Source of the DNA: Camelus ferus
Lineage: Eukaryota
Assembly: GCF_009834535.1 (NCBI RefSeq)
Contig: NC_045697.1
Location: 87,608,001 to 87,672,000 of the forward strand
Length of the DNA: 64,000 nt
Direction of reading: 5' to 3'
How positions within the stretch are numbered: position 1 is the stretch's first letter; each line of letters opens with the position of its first letter. The notes beneath the pieces are model-generated. The model saw only the letters and a list, made by a program, of their open reading frames with translations, was not told the DNA's origin and did not search any database. Made by a program: the position numbers and the translations under genes. Of this stretch, positions 13,991-27,849 are shown piece after piece.

Positions 13991-16849
13991 GAGCCAGAGC
14001 TATTTGTAGAACTCTTAACTGACCTCACTGGGATCGTGGGGATGGAGGCAGCGATGAGGTATCCCACCCTTCCGTGGAGCTTGCCTAACTGTGGCCTCAG
14101 CACTGGAATTCCTTCCAGACAACTTAACTGGCCCAATAACCTAACCCTTCTCTGATCTGTGGTATTGTTCCAGATGTTACTATATTTTTCTAACTTGGAA
14201 TTCACATCTTTACATTACTTGTAGACTTTTTTCTTATGTAGTAATATAGCTTGTTTGCCAACAACATGTATTTCCCATTTAGTCATTTCTTCTACAGGAC
14301 ACTTATTAAGATGATGGACTTTCTAAACACAGGAGACAAATGCTTATGAAGTGCCTGAAACAAAAAGAGCCAGGCAGCAGATTTTCTCATAGAAGAAACC
14401 CGTAGGCACATAATAGAATGCCTCCCAGTACAAACACAAACAAGCAATTACCTGAGCTGCTTCCTGTGGGAAACTCAGCATCCTACCACCCATGGTGATG
14501 ACTCCTGTGGTTTTTTTTTTTTTCTTTTTTTTTGGAGGGTTGCATCATTCTAAGGAAATTCATTCATCTGTTTCTCAACCAATGTACATTTTATTCTCAT
14601 CTAGACAAACTATACATCTTTGTTTAAGTTTATTTGTCTTTCTACTTTACTTCTTTTGTTTTTTAAAAATAAATATTAAATATGCAATTTTGAAAGACAG
14701 TACAAAAGACTAAATGGTGGTTGTCACAGGCTTGGTAAGCGGGGAGAGAACTGTGGGTTCAAGAAACATTGGGGATGTTTGTGATGTGGTAGTTGCCAGC
14801 ATTGTCTTCTGGGTTTCAACATTAATCAGTGACTTCTAGAATTTGAGTCAGGATATATTGAAATTGCAGATGTTTATTGTTATTAGTCTGGTTCAAATCA
14901 TATTTAATGAATATGCTCTTGTTTTTTCTCTTTGTATTAACAATAGCTCTTCCTTTTTTATGTTAACCTAACATTTTCGAGAGTACTGTAGGAATGGAAC
15001 CTTGGAATAAGCCATTATTTGGAAGCATCAGCAAGAACAGGTCTCACAAATTCATCAAGTCAAATAATGGTATATCTAGTCCCAGCAGATAAAAACCTGC
15101 TGTGTGAACTGAGAATTCATTATGGTTTTTAGAGTAGTAAGAGTCCTGATTTTGTATTTTTCCACTTTATATTAGTGAAACTACTAGTCATTCTTCTGCA
15201 CTTTGTATCCCCTGGAAGGTCAGATTCAGACTTTGGTGTTAGTTTCTTCATGTAAGAGAATTATTCATTCATCTTAAGCCTTTTGTAGAAAATTATTTAT
15301 TTGAATTAAAAATCCTCAAGTTTTACTTTTCCCTGAAAACTGATGTATTTGTTATTTTAGTCATGGCCGTTTAACCTGAATAGTTTCATGAAGCTTGAAG
15401 TTTAAGAAGGAATTGCTAAGTTCAAAAAGTAGATACATATAAAATTTTGAATACATGGATTAGAGATAAATTGTGAAATAGCGTTCATTTTTCATCCTGA
15501 AATAACTAAGATTTTGATTTAAAACCTTTAAAGTTTCATTTCATAAATAATATTTTTTCAAATAGCTACAGAAAACTAGTTGACTAATGCTGAGACGAAA
15601 CTTTAAGGGGTCTGTGATTATTGTTATTTTCTACTATGTGGTTTCCTTCTCATCCCTTGATGTTCAGTGGTAGAAATAAAATGAGATTCTTTAAACTGAC
15701 AAAGACTCGTTTTCTGCCCACTGCTTATAGAGACTGAGACAAAATTTTACTTAGAGTTGTGGTCCGATGGAGATGGGGTGGCCAGAAATGGCAGCTTTGA
15801 ATTTAAAGCTGGAGATTGGTGGGTTGGTATTTCTGTCCACTTTGGTTGAGTATCTGAAAGCAGTTCCACATTTCTTCATCAGGAAGTCAGGCTGACTTGT
15901 GATGAAAGATGATGAAGACAAATCCTAAACAGGGCTTCCTGTTTGTTTAAACCTCCAACCCAAGAGAAAATCGCTTCCAGTTTCCCTGTACAATCATGGT
16001 AATATATTTTCTTTTCAGATTGTTAGCAGACTGTTCAGCTTGTACTTGGCATTTCAGTCATAGTGAAAAAAGGTGGAACCCAAAGACTCAGTGTATTCTT
16101 ATTAGGAATCCAAAACTGAATGACCTTTGCAATTAACCTCTGCTTCTTGTCCTTTTCTCTTTCCTAGCGTATTATTCATTAATTCATATGTATTGACAAT
16201 CTGCTTTATGGACAGGTTTGAGATGGTTACTATTGTGGATATAAAAGAAGAATATATAGCTTCTGTCCTCAGAGAGCACTCTTTCTAAACAAAATCAGGT
16301 TAGAATATAGGTATAAATTTAAATTTAAAAATGGTAGCTCCTCTGAACGAATGATTAGATTGTTCTCCTTCTAAGATGAGTACTTGTGCAAAATGAGATT
16401 TTTAATTTTGTGAATGATCTTTAGAAACTAAAAGTTGCAGTAGGAAAGAAAAGAAGAGGCGGCAGGGAAGAGTACAAGAGTCTCTGGAGAGTTAGATGTT
16501 TTTCTTAGAATCCTGGGACATCCAAACCATTTTGAGCAGGGGAAAACAGGAGATTGATCTCAGCTTTACTAATACAGGAAAAGTTTGATTTAAAGAGTTA
16601 GCTAAAGATCACCATCATAGCTTATGAACTGATTTGACTGTTACTAAATTATTTTTCTAATATCCTTTATATTATAAACTTCATGATCAGTATTAAAATT
16701 TTTAAGAAAAGGCAGAACAGCAAGATTTGACACCTAGAATAATTGAGTTTTAGAAATGAAAGATAAAATTATGTTAAAATAGTAATATAAATTCTATAAA
16801 TAATACAAATAATCATAATACCCTTAATGTTAATTACTCTAACTTATGC

Positions 16850-17000
16850 CAATAGCTAACATGTATTGAACATCTACTTCACTTTATTTTGCTAAATGCT
16901 GTATCTGCATTCTCTCATTTCCTCCTGGGAGTAACTCTATAGTGTAAGTGGGATGCATTTTACAGAAGAAACTGGGACAAAGATGAAGGAATTTTTCCAT
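16850..17000 (-). mobile_element. MIR fragment
   Basis: aatagctaacatgtattgaacatctac...cattttacagaagaaactggg. Confidence 0.55.
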
Positions 17001-18449
17001 AATCAACCTCAGTGTCCATGCTTTAAACTTCTGCTCAAGCCTTTATTTCCAAGGAACATTTTCATTTCCTCCTTGCTTTCCAAATTTTCATCTGCTTCCT
17101 TTTCTTTTTCCTTTTCTTATTTCTATCATCTAATTTTCTCCCTTGATTTCTTAATTCCTCTTTCTTTAATGTCTCATAACACATCCCTGGTCTGTCATGG
17201 ACTTTCTTGTTTGACGGAAGGTTCACCGAATACTTCTGATGCTGTACTCAAAATCAAACGCATGGGTGATAGCATTTTCCACTTTTACAGTCTAGCACCA
17301 ATATGAATATGCTGAATACATGTACTTTGATTGATTAGAAACTGAAGTAAATATCAACTGAAGTCTGACAAAATTCTTTTCCATAAAAGGCACAGAAAGG
17401 ATATGAAGAAATAAGACATTTATTGCATAAAGCCTTTGTGCACACACACACACAACTGTTTTTCCTGAGAAACAGATGATAGAGGTTCTGGCCAAAAAAT
17501 GTGGGCAGTATGTTTGGTCATATTAAAAAGAAGCCCAAGTTACCTGCCCCAAGTTAACTGTCTATTAAAACACGAGGGTTCCATGCTCTTTTCCATCAAC
17601 TTGTGACAATCCCGGACATCTATTGTGGCAGAAATCATCTGAATTCTTAGCCTACTGAGATGTGCAGATATTCCAACAGAAAAATCTCTTTAGAATGTGA
17701 CACCATCTTTACAATCTGGGTACTGTGTGACTTGGTCATTGTTGGTTAGACCTTTAGACTAAGATGCTCCGTGGGAAACCCACTGACCTTTATGATGTTC
17801 ATTATTTTCAGATGGGACCATGATCAGGATGAAGGCCAGGATGCCCTGGAGAAAATGTGCTGACTTACTATTTCATTGGGAAATTATGCTCTGCATGGTG
17901 GTACAGGGTAATTCAAAAGATGAATTGCCCTGATCAGACAAAAGAAAATCTCAAAAAAAAAAAAAAAGTCAAAAAGTTGCTCACTTTATCTCCTAGGGCT
18001 TCCAAAGCCTTGTTATTTTAATGATTACATAACAATTTGGCATACATGAATTCTCTGACGAGGTCCAAAATCTCAAATTGTAAAAATACTTTAGCTCAGA
18101 ATCCGGCATAAAACAGATTGGCAGAACAAATGTTTTCACATCGTGCCTGACCCTGGCCAGTTAGTCATTAATGATTTTGCTCAATATGGAATTCTGAGCC
18201 TAATGATTTCCCTTCTGGCCATCTGAATAATTTACCTAAAGAGGTTAAAAAAAATGTACAAGAAGGTTTTCAATTGAACAGTAAGCAGTATGTAATGCCA
18301 TATGTGCATTACAAGTGATGCAGCAGAAGTTTGTTTTTTTTTTTAACCTATGTTCTGTAGGCTTTCCTGGACAATTTATGAGTCAAGGATGGAGTGAGAC
18401 CACATGGGTGAGATTATAGGCCACTGGTGTCATGTTGTTAGAATATGGC

Positions 18450-18555
18450 TAAGCTTTTATCTATTTTTTTTTTTTTTTTTGTATTCTGGGGTCCACATGC
18501 AATATTGTTGAAAAAATACTCCTACTGCCAAAATTATTTAAAAAATCACTATAGT
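18450..18555. mobile_element. hAT-Charlie-like DNA transposon terminal fragment
   Basis: gtattctggggtccacatgcaatatt...ctactgccaaaattatttaaaaaatcact resembles Charlie-type termini. Subfamily uncertain. Confidence 0.35.
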
Positions 18556-18957
18556 AAATGAATATTTGATACCATGGAAAATGTCAACTTTACATAACCT
18601 GAAGAAAAAAAAGCTGATTATAAAACTAGAAGTTAAAGTCACATCTGTAAAAAAGAAAAAAAAAAGAAAGCAAAACAAAGAAAAACCAGAAAAAAATGGA
18701 AAGGCTGACAATATTTACAAGATTTTTTGTGCGTGTGTTAGCTAAAAACTGAAAAAAGAGACACAAAAAATGTGAGTAATATGTTTGTACTGCTCAACTT
18801 GGCAAGTTCTTGAAGGTTACAGGAAGAGAGTGTATTATTGCTTAAGATGATGAGAATCTATATTAAAAAATAAATACAGTACGTGAGCAGGAAGGGGAAA
18901 TTGCCTCATTAATTACCTGGTTATCTTATCGGGCTCTCACTTTTTGGTTTTCTGGAA

Positions 18958-19095
18958 TGCAGGGCAGGCCGCGCGGGCGGCGCTCAGAGTTGCTGGGGCG
19001 GCAGCTCTCCAGGCTGAGTGCACTCTGTTCACTCTGCGCGTGTGCTCCACGCCCTGAGCGTCCGCCCTGGGGGGGTTTGGTGCCGCTCAGTGTGA
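18958..19095. promoter_or_regulatory. Small CpG-rich patch with GC boxes (candidate enhancer or promoter)
   Basis: About 10 CpGs in 130 nt within AT-rich surroundings. GGGCGG at 18975 and 18996, CCGCCC at 19062. Confidence 0.4.
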
Positions 19096-19957
19096 CAGAC
19101 CACTTCTTTCAGCAGAGGCCCATCCAAGAAGGGACCAAGCATCCTTGTCACAGTGGGCACCGCTTCCATGCTCAGGGGCTAGGGTGGTGCCTGACTCCGT
19201 CCCTACTCCATCAGGCAGATCTCCAACGAATCCAGAATAACCGGAAACCATTTTCCTCCAAGAGCGTTTTGAGTGATGTCAGCTCTAAGTGTTCAGGGGC
19301 CCTTCCTTCCGCCCACAGAGTTACACAGTGGTTACCTCTCAGGGGGTAGATTTTATTCTCTTTATTTAGCTTCTGTAGAAATAAACATGCAGAAATTTTG
19401 TAATTCTAGTAAAGAGCCCACAGACTTTATGTTTAAAAAGAGAAGCAAATAATGCTAAAATGCAATGTAGTGTAAGTAATTTAAAATATTTATATTCTTC
19501 TGAACTAGAAGGAAATAAATTATTGTGTGGAGAATATTTTTTTTCCCCAAATTTATCTGCAGGTTTGAATTTTAATCCCATCTTTTTTCCCCTGAAATCT
19601 TTATGTTCGAACTTAATTTCTGTTTCTTGACCTTTCAAATCTACATTTATGGATATGATTTGTAGCACTTCTGAATGAGGCAACTGGTATCCCAAATTAA
19701 TTAATTATGACAATTATTTTAATGTTTTGTAAATCTTCCCTTGGTCTCAAAGGATGAGGATCATTTAGCTTACTAGCCAGAAATAATCTGCAAATAACAA
19801 TAAAAATGATAAGCCTGGTAATAAAAATAGTAACAATACCATAATAATGGTAATAACAATAATAATAGTACTAAAATACTCCAAATTTTGTGTTCTTTGA
19901 CAATGAAATATAGGGGAGGATTACTCTGATTCTATCTCTATCTTCTCATGTTAGTTT

Positions 19958-19961
<4 letters not shown>

Positions 19962-20000
<39 letters not shown>
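19962..20000. repeat. (TA)n microsatellite, about 19 units
   Basis: Direct reading. Confidence 0.95.
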
Positions 20001-20003
<3 letters not shown>

Positions 20004-20324
20004 TACAAATGTGATGCTGATGTAGCCTACGTGTGCCAGTTATTTCAACACAAAATGAGTGTTGCAATCAGATATCACTCGCAGGCATTATATAGGATCA
20101 CCTGCATTTTTAAACTTGTTTACGCTTTAGAACACAAACATAAAATTGATATAGGACCATCCTGGTAATAAGATTTGTGGTCCATTTAACAAAACCTCCT
20201 CTGGATGAAGTGTTTTCATTGGCTGGATCCTTGATGTTGCTGGTCAATAAAGTAGGAGGAATCAGCTGATAAGAAATGATAAAGATTTTATATAACATAT
20301 TTAAAGATTTCACATATATTACCC

Positions 20325-20490
20325 AATTTCAATCACACATAAACCCTATGAGATAAATGGAGCCAAAATTACACATGTTTACACAGATGAGTAAAATGAG
20401 ACCTCAGCAAGTTAGGCAATTTGACTAAAATCAACATTCTGAGAGTAAGGTAGAGCTGGGATTAGGACCCGGTTATCAGACTTCCCTCCA
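20325..20490 (-). mobile_element. MIR SINE
   Basis: aaaccctatgag...acagatgagtaaaatgagacctcag...agagctgggattaggaccc. Confidence 0.65.
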
Positions 20491-23400
20491 GGCATGACCA
20501 TGCCTAGCTTCCTTGCCCGGAGCTGCGGGGGCTCCTCTGGCTCCCTGTCCTTGCTCTCAGTAACTGCTGTCACCTGCTGCCCTTGCAGTCTTCCCCTCCT
20601 CTCCAGGAGTCTCAGATTTGATGGGCGTGTTATACACTGTGAACAAGAAGTTCAGAATCTGTTCTTTTCTGGGCCCCTTCTTCTTCAACAAGGAAGCTGA
20701 GATCCAGGTGCAAAAGCAGGGCTGGGCTGCAGGCCAAGTACTCTTTCTGCTCCACCGCATCAGTTGACATCAGTGTGACAAAGAGAAAAAAATGTTACCT
20801 AAAAACACCGCTGATTACACCGCCGTCTGCCCCAAAGGAGGGAAGCACTTATTAACTGGAGGTGATGGCTTTTTGTTTAGAAAATTTCCTTGTTGTGTCC
20901 TTTGAATGAGAATGGCCAGTCCTCTATTTCGCCTTCCCTGGTGGTGGCGGTGGTGCTGGACGGTTTGAGCAGCATGGCATCTGGAAAGGGGTAGCCGAGA
21001 TCTGCCAGCTCCTGAGAATGCAGTGTGGGCTGGGGTGGCAGGGTACTTGTAAGAAGAGGCTGTGTTATAAAGTGCTGCGAGGCCACCTGCTTTGTTGAAC
21101 TTAAGCCTCATTAATATCTGCCAGAGAGATACTCCCAGTGCTTTCAATGAGTAGCGTCTGGGGGAGGGAGGGAGGGGAATTGGAGAGGGGTTGGTGACTT
21201 ACATGTGAGTCTTCATTGGAAAAATGGAAATAATTGCTGCTAGAGGTTAGAGTGAAGCCTCAATTTCAGTGGGAACAAAAACACTGACATAGACCGTAAC
21301 GCATAAGCCACACAGATCTGCAGAGGTTTTGAGAAGGGCAACAGCCTTCCTGTACGATGGGAATTTGCCAATTGGTGGAAATCTCCAAAGTTATGGTGAC
21401 TTCAGTTGACTTCTTGCTTATAGAAAGCAGAGGTAGAAAGGCATTATTGACTATTCTCAAGAAACCAGAGTGGAAGCCATGCCAGTCAGGTGTCCTGAGA
21501 AGGCTCTTGGATTTCTGGAACTGTAGAAACTAAGAGACTGCACACATCAACTGGTTCAGCCCTCCTCGACTTTCTTCTCCTTCTCACCCTTTTTGCAACA
21601 CAGCAATCCAAACCTAGATGCGTTATCCAAGGTACCCCAGGCCAGATGGCCTGTGAGTGGTCACAGAGGTAGGACTGAAGATTCAGAATCAGAAGCCCTG
21701 AGTTCTAGTCCTTCCTCCATTTCCTTATTTTCCTTACCTTCAAAAACCTCAGTTCCCTCTCTGAAATACAGGGAAAGTAAAGCCACGTCTCACAGGGAGT
21801 TTGGAGTACTAGGTAAGGCAGTGTAGGATGTGGAAACTGTCAAAGAATGTTAAAACATTTATTGGTTTATTTAGGAGGTTATGTATGGTGCCAACAATTA
21901 TATGGAGAGGATTATCTTGGCTTTCCTGAAAAAGTCTGAGAACCGCAGTGGTGGTATAATTGAAGTGACTTCACTGTTCCATGTGTACACACAGGTGCAG
22001 ATTGAGGCAAGGGGACCGGCAGTGACGTTTAGAGAGTGTCCTCTGGGATAGTTACCTTTTGTGTTCTTGGTAAAACTTCTAAATAATGCTGTTTTTTGTT
22101 TTTTAAACTTTCTTTTTTTCTGCAAGAATTAAAGTAAAATCTAAAAATTCTCACTTTCCCTTAAGGAAGTTAGGGGTATTTCTTAGAAAAGCAAAAAGCT
22201 TAATCACGCCATCTGTAGCAGCTTGAAGTAAATTCCTATTATGTTTAACTCATAACTCATTTATTTACAATGATCATTCTTCAGATTTTATCTTTACTTA
22301 GATTTTCAGTTCCCAAAACTCTCTAAATCTTCCAATCTTTTTTAAACCTGCATATTTTAATAGAAAGAAAATTTTTTGTTGTTGTTTTTCTTCCTGTGAG
22401 AGGAATACTCCCTACACATGTTTGCCTCTAGGGCTTGAAAAGAAAGGAGTGTGTTTTACACCCGGAAGCAGAGCTTCCCCCGGCTCCCTTCCATTCAGCC
22501 AGTTATAGGGCAGGATCTACCCTTTTAATCTCAGAGGTAAGAAAAGACCAGAGCAGATGACTTTGGCAGGTTTGCTGGAGGCTGGCGGCAGGTTGGCCTC
22601 CAGAGTTCAGCGTGACAGGAAGCTGGAGGCTGCGGCTCAGTCTGCTCATCAGGAAGGGCCGGGACTGACGGTCAGTCCTTGGAGCCCTGGAGAATGTGCA
22701 CGTATCAGGCTCCGGGGGCACAGGGGTCCCAGAACGTCGCAGACATTTGGTCGTCAGCTCTCTCGGTCCCTCATCACTCAGAAAGTTAGAAAGAAAATAA
22801 AAACAAATGAAAACTTTTGAAAATGCACCCAAGTTGTTTCTTTCATTTTCCATTTCTTGGCACAGCACAGTTTTTCAAAATTCTCATGAAGTGCTCAGTC
22901 ACCGATATAAGGATGTGGAGAAGAATAATTGCGTGGTCCACACAAACTCTCTTGGGGCAACAGACAACCGGAAAATGAATTGTATTCTGATTCAACTTTC
23001 TCAAGAAAAGGTATCATAGTAACAGAATATCAGTGGAGTTTGTGGACTTCTCTGAGGGGAAGAATCGTTAGGACAGTCTGCATTACCTTGGGGTGATAGA
23101 AGAAAGGTTGGTGGCGGGGAGGGGCTATAAGCCACTGGGTCTTGAGAAGCAACAACAGCACATCAACACAGAAATAAGGGTCAGGAAGCCAACCTCCTGC
23201 ACTTGTGGCCACTTCCTTGTCCTGTCTGCTGAGCCGTGCTCTGCAGACACACAGTAATCACCCCAGCGGGTCTAGGGATCAAATGACGGCAGTGCTGAAG
23301 GATTAAGAGCAATTCTATCCTCTTGGCTTGGACTTTGGAATTTTCATTAAAATGACCTTGGGTGTGGTGAGAAAGGAATTCAGGCAACAGGGATCAAGCC

Positions 23401-24140
23401 TTACACATCTTACCTGGGAAAACAACCAGAGGGCCCCTTTCAGAAAGAGCCTTCTTTCTGGGCCTCAAGCAGAGCTGTCACACTTGTTTTTCTAAGAGTT
23501 TCTCACATGGGATTAGCCTCCAGATATGCGAAAAGTGAGGAGTTTAAGGGTTTTAGGTAGGCATAAAGAGGGGAAAAAATAAACCCCAATAAGCTAGTGG
23601 CAGGCCAGACCTCTTACATTTTCCAGGGTGTGTAATGGTTGACTTGTCTGGAGATTGACTTTCTGCTTCCTCTCCTGATCCCTTGGCCATGGGAGAGCTG
23701 GTGGTCCACTTCATGACCAGTTCCTGTGAAGAGGACCGTCTACACACAGACTGCACTGGTTTCACACAGACAGTCCAGCAGATATGGGCTTATTGGCTGC
23801 AGGCCTGAGACTTAGACTGGTAAACCAGAGGAAAGGTAGAGGCCTCAGGAATCTACTGGTACCCCAAATGGGAGAACTCAGGAGCAAAAGCAATCTGGTG
23901 ATGACTAACAAAAGTTTGTGAAAAGAAAATGGATTTTCTCCGAGTGGCTCTTATGTCATGAGCTTGTGGGGTGGGCTAAGCTGAGGGGGTGCAAATCACA
24001 GCAAGTTCCTCTTATGCAGTCACTAATGATATCAACACAGGCAGGAAGTGTCAATGACCAGAAGTTGGAATAGGGTTCGACAGTAGAGGTCTGCTGGACA
24101 AAATTGCAGGGAAGGTTGGCTGGTTTTGGTCTATGCCCAC

Positions 24141-24260
24141 TGTCTTAGTCAGCTCTGGCTGTGTAACAAAATACCAGCCTGGGTGGCTTAAATGACAGAA
24201 ATCAATTTTTTACAGTTTTGGAGGCCAGAAGTCTTAAGATCAAGGTTCCAGTTGATTTGA
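24141..24260 (-). mobile_element. MLT1 (MaLR) LTR 3'-terminal fragment, truncated by L1
   Basis: tgtcttagtcagctctggctgtgtaacaaaatacca...gggtggcttaaa...ggaggccagaagtcttaagatcaagg. Confidence 0.8.
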
Positions 24261-24261
24261 T

Positions 24262-26172
24262 TTTTTTAATTTAATTTTATTATTTATTTCTTTATTGAAG
24301 TATAGTCAGTTTACAATGTTGTGTCAATTTCTGGTGTATAGCATAATAGTTCAGCCATACATACACATATATTCATTTTCATATTCTTTTTCATTATAGG
24401 TTATTACAAGATATTAAATATAGTTCCTGTTCTGTACAGTATAAACTTGTTATTTATTTTATATATAGTAGTTAGTATCTGCAAATCTCAAACTCCCAAT
24501 TTATCCCTTCCTACTCCCACCCTGGTAACCATAAGTTTGTTTTCTATGCCTGTGACTCTGTTTCTGTTTTGTAAATAAGTTCATTTGTCTTTTTTTAGAT
24601 TCCACATTTAATTGATAACATGTGGTATTTTTCATTCTCTGTCTGGCTTACTTTACTTAGAATGACAATCTCCGGGGTCCATTCATGTTGCTGCAAATGG
24701 CAGTATGTTATTTTTTTAATGGCTGAATAGTATTCCATTGTATAAATATATCACAGCTTCTTTATCCAGTTATATGTTGATGGACATTTAGGTTGTTTCC
24801 ATGTCTTGGCTATTGTAAATAGTGCTGCTATGAACATTGGGGTACATGTAGCTTTTTGAATTAAGGTTTCCTCTGAACATATGCCTAGGAGTGGGATTGC
24901 CGGATTAAATGGTAAGTCTATTTTTAGTCTTTTGAGGAAACTCCATACTGTTTTCCATAATGGTTGCACCAACTACATTCCCACCAACAGTGTTCCCCTT
25001 TCTCCACATCCTCTCCAACATTTATCGTTTGTGGACTTTTGAGTGATGGCTGTTCTGACTGGTGTGAGGTGATACTTCATTGTAGTTTTGATTTGCATTT
25101 CTCTGAAATTAGCAATGTTGAGCATTTTTCCATGTGCCTATTGCACATTTGTATGCCTTCATTGGAGAATTGCATGTTTAGGTCTTCTGCCCATCTTTGG
25201 ATTGAGGTTTTTTTTATTAGTAAGTTGTATGAGCTGTTTATATATTCTGGAAGTTAAGCCCTTGTCAGTCTCATCTTTTGCAAATATTTTCTCCCATTCC
25301 GTAGATTGTCTTTTTGTTTTGCTTACGGTTTTCTTTGCTATGAAAAAGCTTATAAGTTTAATTAGATTCCATTTGTTTATTTTTGCTTTTATTTTTATTG
25401 TCTGTGTAGACTGCCCTTGGAGAACATTGCTAAGATTTATGCCAGATAATGTTTTGCCTATGTTTTCTACTAAGAGGTTTATTGTGACTTGAGTTATGTT
25501 TAAGTTTTTAAGCCGTTTTGAGTTTATTTTTGTATATGGTGTGAGGGAGAATTTTAACCATTGATTTACATGCAGCTGTCCAGTTATCCCAACACCATTT
25601 GCTGAAGAGACTGTCTTTACTCCATTGTATGTTCTTGCCTCCTTTGTCAAAGATTAATTGACCAAAAGTTTGTGAGTTTATTTCTGGGCTCTCTGTTCTA
25701 TTCCATTGATCTATGTGTCTGTTTTTGTGCCAATACCATGCTGTTTTGATTACTGTAGCTCCACAGTATTGTCTGAAGTCTGGGAGAGTTATTCTTCCAG
25801 CTTCATTCTTTTTCTTCAGTATTGCTTTTGCAATTCTAGGCCTTTTCTGATTCCATATTAGTTTTAGGATTATTTGTTCTACTTCTGTGAAAAATGTCCT
25901 GGGTAATTTGATAGGGATCACATTAAATCTGTAGATTGCTTTGGGTAGTATGAACATTTTAACAACATTAATTCTTCCAATTCAAGAACTTTGGAATAAC
26001 TTTCTATTTTTCTAAGTCATCTCTAATTTTCTTAGTCAGTGATTTGTAGTTCTCTGTGTATAGATCTTTCACTTCCTTGGTCAGATTTATTCCTAAGTAT
26101 TTTATTTTTTTGGATGCAATTTTAAAAGGGACTATTTCTTTATTTTCTTTTTCTGTTATTTCGTTGTTAGTA
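24262..26172 (-). mobile_element. Lineage-specific 5'-truncated L1, about 1.9 kb, with frameshifted ORF2
   Basis: ORF2p-like peptides in ORFs 26004-26192 (KYLGINLTKEVKDLY), 25508-25957 ([10 protein letters not shown]...[15 protein letters not shown]), 25159-25650 and 24751-24972. T-tail on the left. Confidence 0.95.
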
Positions 26173-26839
26173 GTTTTGTACCCAACTGGCAATTCTGTTC
26201 TAAATTTATCTTTTGCAAATGTTTGTGGATATCTAATTCTTCAAATGCTCTTTGAACCAGCTTATCCTCTTATTGGTCCCCTCACTTTTGAGTTAAATAA
26301 GACTTTGACACCTGTTCTATAATTATATGAGAATCCTACTTTTAGCTTCTTGAAAATTTCACTCTGACTGCCTCTAAGATTCAGTTAGATGTTGCATTCC
26401 ACCCACTGCTTCATCCCATCATGGTCTGAGCTCTCTGCTTCCAGTCACCAGAGTTATTTTGACCATTCCTAACCCTCTTGAGCTGCCTTCATGTTTCAGA
26501 GTCGAATGTTGCAGAATCAGGTATATTTTTGTGGTTTAATTAAAAAAATTTTTTTCAGCATCTGCTTTTTTGAAGTCTAAGGCCATTACCTGAATATGTC
26601 TTATGTTTCTTTCTTTGACTTTCATGAACTCTAAAGGTGACAAGTTTCTGCTTTAACTTTGCCTAAAATATTTCCTTGCCTTGTTGATTAAAACTTGCCC
26701 TAGAGTAATGATTATTCTAGTTGATGCTTAATTCTATAAATTTAATATGAGAACTGACTTTGTAAAAATTCTTAATAACTGACAAATGAGCTGTTGGATT
26801 CTCTGTTGATCAAATCTCCTGTAAGTAAAACTTAGATGT

Positions 26840-27300
26840 GATTCACTTTGATAATACATAAATATTTTAATTTTAAAAAGTCACACATGCTTATTAAAAA
26901 AGGGCATGAAGGAAGAAAAACAAATCAAGCATAATTCTGCTACTCAAAGGAAACCACTAGTTGAAATTTAAATGTTAATTGTTATTTTTTCTATGTATAA
27001 CTTTTCAAAAAATAATTGTATTCATATTGCAAATAAAATTTTATAGCATATATATTTTTCACTTAATATTGCATTCTGATCCTTTTCCATATTATTGCAC
27101 TCTTATATATATAATTTTTAAGTGGCAGAACTCGTAACCATCAAAGAATTAAACACGATTCTTAATTATTGTCCTTTCTTGAATTTTTTGATTTTGATTA
27201 AATTCTTTCATTTCAGTTACTTAGAAAATAAGTTGTTGTTTGAGAGCACAGTGAAAAATTTCTTCAGTCGATATGAAATATTTAATGGCTTAAGTATAAA
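26840..27300 (-). mobile_element. Ancient L1ME-like 3' fragment
   Basis: tttttcacttaatatt...ttttccatatt...cttaattattgtcct AT-rich pattern of old antisense L1 3' ends. Confidence 0.4.
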
Positions 27301-27577
27301 TTCTGTGCCACTTAAGAAAAAAAAAAAGAAATACTGTTACCTTCTGCAATACTCAGCTACTATGATAATGCTTACTGTTCTGGAGAAGCAGAGTGACTTC
27401 TTCCTTTCCTGTGCTCCCAGGCACTGCAGGGGTTGAGGAAGAGTTATAGCCATTATAATTCTGAGTGGATGAAAGTTATGTCACATTCTCAATCTCCCTT
27501 CTCCTGTTCGGCATTTCTTTTTCCTTCTTGAAATCTCAATACCCTAATTCATTATGATTCTTGTCTTAGCTATCACG

Positions 27578-27735
27578 CAGGGTCAGGACTAGAGCCAGGC
27601 TAGAGAGGTTCCTAGGGTGCAAAATTTAAGGAGGCATTCACTCTCTGGAGCGTACAAGTACAGGGTCAACCCCTGAGACTGAGCGCCTCTTTAAATTTTG
27701 CACTCTGTGTGCCTCCCTTACTCTGATCTCCTCTG
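27578..27735. mobile_element. MER96 palindromic hAT MITE
   Basis: cagggtcaggactag...gggtgcaaaatttaaggaggcattcactctc...ctgagactgagcgcctctttaaattttgcac. The internal inverted repeat is visible and matches the recalled MER96 consensus. Confidence 0.8.
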
Positions 27736-27849
27736 TTTAGAGAAGTGAAATCCTGGGAAGCAAGGCGTGATGTTAGCCTGACCCTGATCCTGAGTGATTG
27801 TCTTTTGGACTCAGACCTTTGCTACTGTATGCATGTATGTATGTATGGA

